Shown here one piece after another: positions 15,927 to 23,803 of a stretch of 64,000 nt of DNA. Position 1 is the stretch's first letter. The number at the start of each line of letters is the position of its first letter. The position numbers and the translations under genes were made by a program. The notes under the pieces are model-generated. The model had not been told where the DNA came from, ran no database searches, and worked only from the letters and a program-made list of their open reading frames with translations. Location: sequence record NC_047815.1. One strand, 5' to 3'.

Positions 15927-17741
15927 ATGATCGAAGTAAACAGTTTTGATGAACTTCGCAAAACAGCTCCAAGCAAAGCTGGTGACCTTGCGATTTTGAA
16001 ACGCTACTACGACAAAGACAGCAAGTTCCGTGGCGGCGGTTGGTTCATCGGCTTCCCACAAACAAACGTACCTGCTGATGACGGTGGTATCAATGCCGTT
16101 GATGCAAACAAGAAATTCTTTTGGCAGCGCGTTGTAAACGATCCAGAAGAGATTAACATCATGCACTTCGGCGGCAAGTGCGATGGCAAGACCGATGACT
16201 CAGACGCATTCCGTCGCAACTTCATGTGGGTATACAACATGAAAGACGGCAGTGATACCTTAGGCGTTAAATTGCCTTCAGGTACCACTATGCTCAAGCC
16301 TATGGACTTTACTGATCTCGGTGAAGTACCTGTGTTCGCTGTGTATGGTGACACGCGCTGTACCAAAGGCTGGCGACCACGCGTCAAGATTATCAGTGAC
16401 AAGTCCGACCAAAACGTGTTCAAAGTAAAAGCGCGTCGCATGATCATTCAAGGCATCAACTGGAATGGTCAGTGTACTGCTGACACTACAAAGAACACGG
16501 GCGCCATTCCTCCTGAACTGCGTTCAAACAATCAGATCTTTTTTGAAAACATTTGCACCATGGGTCAATACATTGGTGTTCACTGTTTCCGTGCTGAGAA
16601 CAACGGTGGCTCCGCATTGAAGTTTCAAGACACCATTGATACTTCAATCACAGAGATCTACGGCTCTAAAAGCTATGGCGCCGTGATTGAAGCCAAGTGG
16701 TCAAACACAGTGCAAGCAGGTTGGAATCACTCTACTGCTGTGCGTCTTGAGAACGGTAACTTCCAGTACGGCTACGGTCCTGCTGTGCTTGATATGCCGC
16801 GCATGACTCAGGCATTCATGAAGAACATCTGGATTGAGCACACTCGCTTCCCAGGTAACTTGAATGATGGTCAGTGGGTATTCGAAGGTAACTCTATCGA
16901 GAGTTCTGACAATCCACTTAACCTTGCTAACACTCGTTGCGTTATCAACGGCTTCTACTTCCAGGGTAAAGGTACCATGAATCTGGAACGTGCTAAGAGC
17001 CCTGATAACTGGTTGAGTGGTTACGAGCGTGGTAACATTCGCACAGAGACCTATGGTATCATCATGACCGATAGCTGTTTCCGTGCTGGCTACTACACTG
17101 GCTACAAGATTACGAACAACACTGACCAAGACAAGTGGTTCTACATCGGCAGTTTCTCTTTCCCTAAAATGAATCAGATCTGGGAGATTGAACTGTTGGG
17201 TAAAGCTGGTGGCACCGTACCAAATGCGAAAAGCCAACAGCCTGTCGATATGACTGGTATGGGTCGTCGCGTTATCACGATGCAGCGTTGCAACACTCCT
17301 AACAAGAAAGTGTATGCTGATATGCGTCAAGAAGGCACAGATGGTATTGCAGATGTTGTGTACCAGCGTCTGTGGGAAGATTACGGCAAAGTGTTTATTA
17401 AGCTGAAAGCCAACAGCGGTGACACTATCTTCAATCTGACAACTACTGGTCCAACTCGCTTTGAAGCTGGTCAGTGTACGTTGTTCTCCGACGGTCCATG
17501 TGAATGTGTTGACGATCTGCTGACTGAAATGACAACCAGCGTAGAGAAGAATCAGAAAGACTATGCTCGTCCTCAAAATCGTTTCAGTCTCCACAATGGT
17601 CTTGCTGGCATCGGCGCAAACGAACAGGGTGTGCTGACCATGCAGACGGCAGAAGGTAAGGCGCCGAAAGATCTTACCAAACCAGCGGGATATACCACTA
17701 TCAACATTAACGGCGTTGATCGTGTGATCCCATACTTCTAA
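15927..17741 (+). CDS. AmsF/WceF-like tailspike-fold EPS-modifying glycanase
   Basis: N-terminal DDGG...HFGGKCDGKTDDSDAF beta-helix cap; WNHSTAVRL, WIEH..FPG, RFSLHNGLAGIGANEQG resemble AmsF/WceF as recalled. Confidence 0.7.
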   Translation: MIEVNSFDELRKTAPSKAGDLAILKRYYDKDSKFRGGGWFIGFPQTNVPADDGGINAVDANKKFFWQRVVNDPEEINIMHFGGKCDGKTDDSDAFRRNFMWVYNMKDGSDTLGVKLPSGTTMLKPMDFTDLGEVPVFAVYGDTRCTKGWRPRVKIISDKSDQNVFKVKARRMIIQGINWNGQCTADTTKNTGAIPPELRSNNQIFFENICTMGQYIGVHCFRAENNGGSALKFQDTIDTSITEIYGSKSYGAVIEAKWSNTVQAGWNHSTAVRLENGNFQYGYGPAVLDMPRMTQAFMKNIWIEHTRFPGNLNDGQWVFEGNSIESSDNPLNLANTRCVINGFYFQGKGTMNLERAKSPDNWLSGYERGNIRTETYGIIMTDSCFRAGYYTGYKITNNTDQDKWFYIGSFSFPKMNQIWEIELLGKAGGTVPNAKSQQPVDMTGMGRRVITMQRCNTPNKKVYADMRQEGTDGIADVVYQRLWEDYGKVFIKLKANSGDTIFNLTTTGPTRFEAGQCTLFSDGPCECVDDLLTEMTTSVEKNQKDYARPQNRFSLHNGLAGIGANEQGVLTMQTAEGKAPKDLTKPAGYTTININGVDRVIPYF

Positions 17742-17755
17742 TAAAGAGGCTTACC

Positions 17756-17998
17756 ATGACCTACAAACTGGAACTCCAAGTTGATGAACAGAATGAACAG
17801 GCACTGACTCAGGAAATCGCAGAGTATGCGGACAAGCATGACATTTCCTATGTTGTAGAGCCTAGTGAATCTGGTAAAAGCACTGTCACTTTCGAATCTG
17901 CTGAACGCCAACCGTTGGTAGATTTAATCGAACAGGCATACGCGCCTGATGATGACGCTGAACACCAGCAGTACATCGACAAAATCCACGAAGTATAA
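17756..17998 (+). CDS. small acidic protein, paralog of 18325
   Basis: AGAGG SD; similarity to 18325..18582. Confidence 0.75.
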   Translation: MTYKLELQVDEQNEQALTQEIAEYADKHDISYVVEPSESGKSTVTFESAERQPLVDLIEQAYAPDDDAEHQQYIDKIHEV

Positions 17999-18009
17999 TC
18001 AACATCAAC

Positions 18010-18040
18010 GGGCTGCCTTCGGGTGGCCCTTTTTGTTTTT
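18010..18040 (+). terminator. intrinsic terminator
   Basis: GGGCTGCC-TTCG-GGTGGCCC then TTTTTGTTTTT. Confidence 0.85.
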
Positions 18041-18115
18041 CTACACCCACAACTCTTGTGCTTTAAAGACCTTAGACGTGCTTAGTCTTGGAAACAGTCC
18101 GGGCACCGAAAACTA

Positions 18116-18236
18116 CAAATCTGTGGTCAAAATAATCGCAGAAATCACTAGACAAATCTTTCTCAACCTGATAGACGCGGCAGTCGAAAATCTTTTTTGA
18201 AAAAGTGCTTGCAACATGTGTTCAGCATGATATTAT
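18116..18236 (+). promoter_or_regulatory. sigma70-type promoter with displaced upstream box
   Basis: TTGCAA 18209-14, 16-nt spacer, TGn-TATTAT 18231-36; CAAATCTGTGGTCAAAA at 18116-32. Confidence 0.7.
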
Positions 18237-18324
18237 GCAATCTCAGTAAGACGCAGCGCAGACAACGCAGCGACTTACAAACGCTCTTTAACAATATGAC
18301 TAATCAACTAAGAGAGAAAATCTT

Positions 18325-18582
18325 ATGACTACTTTTAATTCTTTTGCCGTAGAACTCGATGTGATCGCTGATAACAAGTTTGATGTGCCGCGTGATATTG
18401 TAGAATATTGTGAGGCTAATAACGTCGGCCTGTTTGTAGCAGTCAGAAAAGACGTAGACAATTTGCCTATCGTTTTCACAGCGTCGAGCCGTGATGATCT
18501 TGTACAGATGATCAACACAGTTTACGAAAAAGAAGATCGTGAGCAGCAAGAATTTTTCGCAACAATGATCAAAGCATTCTGA
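18325..18582 (+). CDS. small acidic protein, paralog of 17756
   Basis: First gene after promoter; similarity to 17756. Confidence 0.75.
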   Translation: MTTFNSFAVELDVIADNKFDVPRDIVEYCEANNVGLFVAVRKDVDNLPIVFTASSRDDLVQMINTVYEKEDREQQEFFATMIKAF

Positions 18583-18590
18583 TAAAACTT

Positions 18591-18618
18591 AGGCGATGGC
18601 GTTTTGCTGTCGCCTTTT
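18591..18618 (+). terminator. intrinsic terminator
   Basis: AGGCGATGGC/GCTGTCGCCT stem then TTTT. Confidence 0.7.
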
Positions 18619-18633
18619 TCATAGGGTTGAAAA

Positions 18634-19083
18634 ATGAAAACGTTATTTATTCGCTGTGATTATGCTGGCTTCAACGCGGGCCGTGTACAACTACGTGCCG
18701 TGAATGTGCGCCGTGTGTCTGATGTTGATCGTATCGTGATGTGTATTGTTCACGATAACAAATTGCATCGCACCGTACAGATGCGCCGCGTGTCAATCGA
18801 ACATGTAGAAGCGCAAGGCGATTCAATGTGCTATGCGTTCTGCTTCACGGACCGTGATTACATTGAAACAGAACTGCGTGAAAATGAACAGCAACGTTTC
18901 GACGCCACACGCAACAACAGATTTTTCTTGCAAGACCTGCGCCAGCCTGTGATAGAACTGAAACTTGATGTTGTACCTCGCACAGCACCTCAACGTATTA
19001 AGACGCTTGACGAATACACAATAGAAGAATTGCTTGAACATGTAAAGCGCCGCATCAACGGCAAGATAACAATCGAAATCTAA
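18634..19083 (+). CDS. hypothetical protein (paralog family with 20183, 20656, 21315)
   Basis: Shared C-terminal L.xYT.E.L..V..R helix. Confidence 0.75.
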   Translation: MKTLFIRCDYAGFNAGRVQLRAVNVRRVSDVDRIVMCIVHDNKLHRTVQMRRVSIEHVEAQGDSMCYAFCFTDRDYIETELRENEQQRFDATRNNRFFLQDLRQPVIELKLDVVPRTAPQRIKTLDEYTIEELLEHVKRRINGKITIEI

Positions 19084-19087
19084 AACA

Positions 19088-19117
19088 AGGGGCCGCTCGA
19101 AAGAGTTGGCCCTTTTT
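19088..19117 (+). terminator. intrinsic terminator
   Basis: GGGCCGCTC-GAAA-GAGTTGGCCC then TTTTT. Confidence 0.75.
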
Positions 19118-19129
19118 CGTTTGTCTGCA

Positions 19130-19218
19130 CTTAACTCAAATCAGAAAAAGCTCAGATCTCGCTTAACTCAAATCGCTGTAAATTTGACTTAGTGCATGGT
19201 CGTGACTTAACTCAAATC
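19130..19218 (+). repeat. three direct copies of CTTAACTCAAATC
   Basis: Exact 13-mers at 19130, 19162, 19206. Confidence 0.9.
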
Positions 19219-19221
19219 AGA

Positions 19222-19273
19222 CAAATCTGCGGTCAAAACAGTGATTGCAATGCGGTCATAATTATCGCATTAT
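19222..19273 (+). promoter_or_regulatory. box-type sigma70 promoter
   Basis: CAAATCTGCGGTCAAAA 19222-38; TTGCAA 19245-50; CATTAT 19268-73. Confidence 0.75.
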
Positions 19274-19343
19274 ATAAGCTCAACAACGCGATGCAGTCTA
19301 CGTGATTGCGTCAACAATCAACGCTACATATGAGACAACGAAC

Positions 19344-19667
19344 ATGACGACTAACATTTTTCCAGAACTCAACATCGATGAACTGACAGCATTCGTTAAT
19401 CGCATCAATCCGCAGCTCAACAAAAACGTAAAGCTGTGTGTTGAGTCGCACGATGACGAAGACAACACAGGGCATATCTATGCGGTCGAAGTCGATGAAA
19501 ACGGAGAAGACTCTGATGCTATGTGGGGCTGGTTGATTGACGTGCCGTGTGCTGAGTGCGAGAAATTCTATTTCATGTACGGCGGTAACTTCCCGCATGA
19601 TCAAGAAGGTTCGTGCGAAATTGACGACGCTTCATTCATTGCGAAAGTAAACTCACTCGAATTCTAA
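19344..19667 (+). CDS. acidic hypothetical protein
   Basis: ATG 19344 downstream of promoter; no motif. Confidence 0.7.
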   Translation: MTTNIFPELNIDELTAFVNRINPQLNKNVKLCVESHDDEDNTGHIYAVEVDENGEDSDAMWGWLIDVPCAECEKFYFMYGGNFPHDQEGSCEIDDASFIAKVNSLEF

Positions 19668-19723
19668 TCTAACGTGCGGGCTTACGGGCCCACATCAACT
19701 CTATCATTCAAGGAATCTCAATT

Positions 19724-20128
19724 ATGTTCGCTAACGTATTTTTCGCTATCTCCGATTACAATGAATTGCAAAACTACTGTGATCTCGTCAATCGTCACTT
19801 GAGTAAAACTGACCGCAAGCTCGCCGTCAACGAAGCGTATAAAGACGCTGATTGTGTAGCTGATGCGGTCACAAGTGACAAGGGTGAACCTCTGCAAGTG
19901 CTTCACTTGATTGATGGGGAATATGACGTACAAGATTACTACGCTGTTTATTTCCCGACTGTTGAACGCCCGACGCTTGAACTGCAATACACAGCGATGC
20001 CCTACGATTGTAACGAAGCATATCCTATGCTGCACTGTGATGCAACGCCCGCAGTGTTTGCACAATTCATCGACGCACTTGATCAAGATGCGTTTCATCC
20101 TGACTTTGTGTCGCCCGACGTTGAGTAA
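19724..20128 (+). CDS. hypothetical protein
   Basis: AAGGA SD. Confidence 0.75.
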   Translation: MFANVFFAISDYNELQNYCDLVNRHLSKTDRKLAVNEAYKDADCVADAVTSDKGEPLQVLHLIDGEYDVQDYYAVYFPTVERPTLELQYTAMPYDCNEAYPMLHCDATPAVFAQFIDALDQDAFHPDFVSPDVE

Positions 20129-20182
20129 CAACTAACACGACAGGGCTTACGGGCCCTGTTCTTTGATCAAGAGAAATCTATC

Positions 20183-20659
20183 ATGCGCGATTCAACACTA
20201 GTATTACTTGTCAATGAGAGTGAATTGACACAACCCTTGCTGCATAGAACGTCACTAGCAAACGCATTCAGTTTTAATCGCTTGCGTCTGCTTGTCACTC
20301 AGGGCTCTGGCGTAAACAATCCGAGCTACGCTGTTGATGTGATTGCTGTGCAAAAACTCACAGTGACCGAAGTAAGTGCAGATAAAACCTGCATCATGAT
20401 CGATATGAACTTTGAACTTGCTGCTACTTTGCATTCAGTGGTTAGTGTCGATGAGTATAATCGTGCTAAAACCACACGATCTAATATTCGTGCTTGGACC
20501 GCACGCTGGCAACAGGGCGATATTGTGACGGGCTTCGGTCAAGTCACTGAGATCCCATACGAAGCCCGACCCGATGTTATTCGCAGTCAACTATCTAAAT
20601 TCACTACTGAACAGCTACGCGCTGAATTGTCTTTACGCGACATGGAGATCTCTCAATGA
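20183..20659 (+). CDS. hypothetical protein (paralog family)
   Basis: C-terminal LSKFTTEQLRAELSLR. Confidence 0.75.
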   Translation: MRDSTLVLLVNESELTQPLLHRTSLANAFSFNRLRLLVTQGSGVNNPSYAVDVIAVQKLTVTEVSADKTCIMIDMNFELAATLHSVVSVDEYNRAKTTRSNIRAWTARWQQGDIVTGFGQVTEIPYEARPDVIRSQLSKFTTEQLRAELSLRDMEISQ

Positions 20660-21315
20660 AAACTACATCTAACGAACATGTATTGACCGTACGCAGCACA
20701 GACCTAAGCAAGCCCCACATGATTCGCATGTTGCAGTGCGACATTGAGCGCGTCGATTGCATTCGCTTTGTATTGTTTCAACAAGACAAGCAGCCCGAAC
20801 TGTGGCTTGCTGTGAGTGCCGACTGTACAGTCGAAACGCTTGGTCCCAGCAACTATCGCAATGCTGATCTTACGATTCGCGTTATCGAGTGGCAACAGTT
20901 GTATGAACCACTGCCGAAGTTGTTGCTTGATATGGAGCATGACGGTGAACGTGCTTATCGCACGCAACGCATTGCGGACTACGCGCTTAAAACACACTTG
21001 AGTCACGACCGCATTGAGTGGCACGAAAACACTCGTCCAGAAATCTTGATTGAGCGTCTTAGTGAGTTCACAACCGATCTGTTGCTTGCAGAAGTCTTAC
21101 GCCGTAGCAGTCAAGCGTGCGATAAGGAAGATGACGAGGCATACGCAAACTGTGACGATTGCGGCGAGCCGTTGAAAGAAGATGAAGTGTTCGGCGATCA
21201 ATGCGATCTGTGTGAAAGCTGTGTATCTAATCGTGACGAAGATGATGCAGAACGCGCACAATACGACGCCCATCAAGAGCGCATCAAGCGTGGTGGCTAC
21301 GAACGAGACGAGTAA
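20656..21315 (+). CDS. hypothetical protein (paralog family) with CxxC...CxxC Zn ribbon
   Basis: LSEFTTDLLLAEVLRR; CDDC...CDLC. Confidence 0.75.
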   Translation: MKTTSNEHVLTVRSTDLSKPHMIRMLQCDIERVDCIRFVLFQQDKQPELWLAVSADCTVETLGPSNYRNADLTIRVIEWQQLYEPLPKLLLDMEHDGERAYRTQRIADYALKTHLSHDRIEWHENTRPEILIERLSEFTTDLLLAEVLRRSSQACDKEDDEAYANCDDCGEPLKEDEVFGDQCDLCESCVSNRDEDDAERAQYDAHQERIKRGGYERDE

Positions 21316-21656
21316 TGACAGCACTGTATATCAAAAGCACCGAAGCCCAGATTCGTTCTGGGCAGTTAACTGTTAGTTCAATACGCGTCAAAAACCTTCA
21401 TCTACTCAAGTCTATTTTTGTTCTTGTTGAGCGTGAGGGCATTGATAGCGTGGCGTACACAGCCGAAGTGTTGCGTGCTACAGTGCGCAGAACACCACGC
21501 AGTGCGCAGACTGCAACTCTTGAGATCACGATCGACCAGTATCGTAAGCGTCCAGCCCATCACATTGAGAACGCCTACTTTGCGAGTCGCTTTAACACCA
21601 AGCATGTGCTGGCAGACATATCACCGCACTGCAAAATCAAATGGGAGAGAGAATGA
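21315..21656 (+). CDS. hypothetical protein (paralog family)
   Basis: TAATG overlap; N-terminus resembles 18634. Confidence 0.7.
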   Translation: MTALYIKSTEAQIRSGQLTVSSIRVKNLHLLKSIFVLVEREGIDSVAYTAEVLRATVRRTPRSAQTATLEITIDQYRKRPAHHIENAYFASRFNTKHVLADISPHCKIKWERE

Positions 21657-21892
21657 AAAAGCCAAGCATAGCAGCAAGAGCTAATCTTAACTTTGTTCCT
21701 CCTGGTAAAAAGAAGGCGGGCACCAGCTTTGTTCACCCAGTAGCGTTTAGTGTTGATGATACCATGCGTCGCAAGCTAAACATCATTGCCAACAAGCGGG
21801 GTATCAAGCTGGTGGTTTTGATGCGGGAGATAACTGCCGAGTATCTTGAGCAACACAGCACGGAGTGTGACCTAACGCAAATCGAAAGCTAG
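21653..21892 (+). CDS. ribbon-helix-helix (CopG/Arc-like) DNA-binding protein
   Basis: VAFSVDDTMRRKLNIIANKRGIKLVVLMREITAEYL fits strand-helix-helix pattern. Confidence 0.65.
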   Translation: MKKPSIAARANLNFVPPGKKKAGTSFVHPVAFSVDDTMRRKLNIIANKRGIKLVVLMREITAEYLEQHSTECDLTQIES

Positions 21893-21918
21893 TCTACAGG
21901 CAGCGGGGTTGAGCAAGA

Positions 21919-21970
21919 CAAATCACTGGTTAAAATACAGCTAGAACAGATCAGATTAATCTGATACAAT
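21919..21970 (+). promoter_or_regulatory. box-type sigma70 promoter with 16-bp palindrome in spacer
   Basis: CAAATCACTGGTTAAAA 21919-35; TGn-TACAAT 21965-70; ATCAGATTAATCTGAT 21950-65. Confidence 0.75.
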
Positions 21971-22029
21971 AAATGTAGGGCAGTACATACCTCATTTAAT
22001 TCGTCATTTTGACACTAGGGAAATTCATC

Positions 22030-22212
22030 ATGCTATCAGCACTTATCATTGCTGCTATGGTTCTGTTGATTATGTGTTTTATAGGTTTTTCTCTCTATCT
22101 CCAATCCGTCATTGAGAAAGAATCGGTACTTGAAGCCGAACTCGAGGAGGCGGTTGAAAACCTCGCTGTTATTCAACGTTCACGCGAACGCCAAATAAAA
22201 CGTTCTTGGTAA
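22030..22212 (+). CDS. small single-pass membrane protein
   Basis: Hydrophobic N-terminal stretch LSALIIAAMVLLIMCFIGFSLYL. Confidence 0.65.
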   Translation: MLSALIIAAMVLLIMCFIGFSLYLQSVIEKESVLEAELEEAVENLAVIQRSRERQIKRSW

Positions 22213-22221
22213 GGAAACGCT

Positions 22222-22764
22222 ATGCAATATCCAATCGACATTGTGTCCAGCATCATGCACACAATCATCACTCATGTTCCAAACGTGAAGGGCATCAGTG
22301 AACTGAAATCCAGCTTAACTCCGCCTACTGTTACGTTCACTTTGGACGAACGCACCTATCGTGTATCGGGTTCGCTGTTTGTTCATGAGGTGCAAGGCTG
22401 TTTGTTGGCTGGTACTGGTGCTGCCGCCACAATGCAGAAAATTCTGCGTGATAAGCCCGTGCAATTTGAAGCAGTTAGTTCGGTAATCACGGGTCTGGTC
22501 AATGCTGCCTCAACTGCAACATTGAAAAGCATGGCTGAGTCGATGGGTTGGCCTGACCTTGACCCGCCTCGTGTGCTACGCAAGTGCTTTCGTGAGTATC
22601 TCGAAAAGAATGTAAATGAACAGAGTCCAGACGTTGAAAGCTGTCGTGAAGCAGTCGAACTTGTCTGGCTGTTCATGGGATCTGATAACCGTCAGCGTCT
22701 CGCCACTTCAATCGATAAACAGTTTGGGTACTCACTTGCGAAGAATATGGACTATGCGAAATAG
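22222..22764 (+). CDS. hypothetical protein
   Basis: TAAGGA SD. Confidence 0.75.
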   Translation: MQYPIDIVSSIMHTIITHVPNVKGISELKSSLTPPTVTFTLDERTYRVSGSLFVHEVQGCLLAGTGAAATMQKILRDKPVQFEAVSSVITGLVNAASTATLKSMAESMGWPDLDPPRVLRKCFREYLEKNVNEQSPDVESCREAVELVWLFMGSDNRQRLATSIDKQFGYSLAKNMDYAK

Positions 22765-22774
22765 CGGAGCGCGT

Positions 22775-23239
22775 ATGAAAGAGCAACTGGCTTTTGAGAT
22801 TCAAAACGTAGTTGACCAGTGCTGCATTGCAGTAGCGCGTGCTGAAAACTCTCCTTTCGGTCACACTGCATTTCACATGACAGACCTCAAACGTTTGTCT
22901 GTGTATGTTCGTGGGCTTAGCGGCATTCAGCGTCAGTGGCAAATGCCTTGTCTTGTTATCAGCACAATCGACGTTATGCCTGCTTATCAGCGTCAAGGCT
23001 TGTTTAAGCAATTGCTTGATGAACTGATCAAGCTGTGTCGTCAGAACGGTTGGGTGCTCAAGTTTGAAAACGTGCTGGTGGATCACCTACGTGATTACCT
23101 TACTCGTTTCAATTTTCTACCTACTCCTGATGCTCGTGGTACTGAGCTAACACATGGCAGCCTGTACTGGATGCCAGACAATGATCTGCGTGGTCAGATA
23201 CCTCAGTTTGATATGACCCGTATGCGCAGTCCTGTATAA
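22775..23239 (+). CDS. GNAT-family acetyltransferase-like protein
   Basis: ISTIDVMPAYQRQGLFKQLL acetyl-CoA-binding motif A; GGAG SD. Confidence 0.65.
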   Translation: MKEQLAFEIQNVVDQCCIAVARAENSPFGHTAFHMTDLKRLSVYVRGLSGIQRQWQMPCLVISTIDVMPAYQRQGLFKQLLDELIKLCRQNGWVLKFENVLVDHLRDYLTRFNFLPTPDARGTELTHGSLYWMPDNDLRGQIPQFDMTRMRSPV

Positions 23240-23311
23240 CGAGATTAATCTGAAAGTAAGATTAGTCTCAACAAACGACCTTTCGACAGTTAATTTAGCT
23301 GAGGAGCTATT

Positions 23312-23626
23312 ATGTCATCATCTACCGAAATCTCCTTCATTTTCCCTTACCTGACTACTCTGGAAGTAGTTACTGGTTCAGGCAGTCTGGCAAACAAGCT
23401 GGGCGTTGACGCCAACGAGGAACAAACGTTCCTCGACAGTCAGGCGATGCAGCTCATGAACGGTCTGCACGTTCAGCAGGAACTCTGCCTGTTTGATCGC
23501 AGCATTCTCAATCTGATGATTGACCGTCAGATGGACTATGACGAAAAGATTACGACATACGAACGTGACAGCAAAGATCATGTTCCTCATGAAGGTCTGA
23601 TGTTGCTGGTGCGTCATACTCGTTAA
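23312..23626 (+). CDS. hypothetical protein
   Basis: GAGGAG SD. Confidence 0.75.
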   Translation: MSSSTEISFIFPYLTTLEVVTGSGSLANKLGVDANEEQTFLDSQAMQLMNGLHVQQELCLFDRSILNLMIDRQMDYDEKITTYERDSKDHVPHEGLMLLVRHTR

Positions 23627-23680
23627 GTATGATTGCTGGGACGTCTTTGCGAGGGCGTCCTGTCGATCTTTACTTATGCT

Positions 23681-23710
23681 GAGGAGCATATCATGGACGC
23701 ATAATAATAA
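23681..23710 (+). other. minigene M-D-A followed by three TAA
   Basis: GAGGAG, 6 nt, ATG GAC GCA TAA TAA TAA. Confidence 0.6.
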
Positions 23711-23803
23711 CGCAGTGGCTTTATGTTGTACCTGTTGTAAAATGCAGTGCCCATATTCCCGACCTATGTCGGCATACAGAAAAATTTAATAGGAAATATC
23801 ATA

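Noticed and set aside
16701-17594. 297-aa antisense ORF inside the glycanase gene (likewise 24134-25735 inside the adhesin)
   Set aside because: Fully nested, no motif or SD; expected from codon bias of the sense gene
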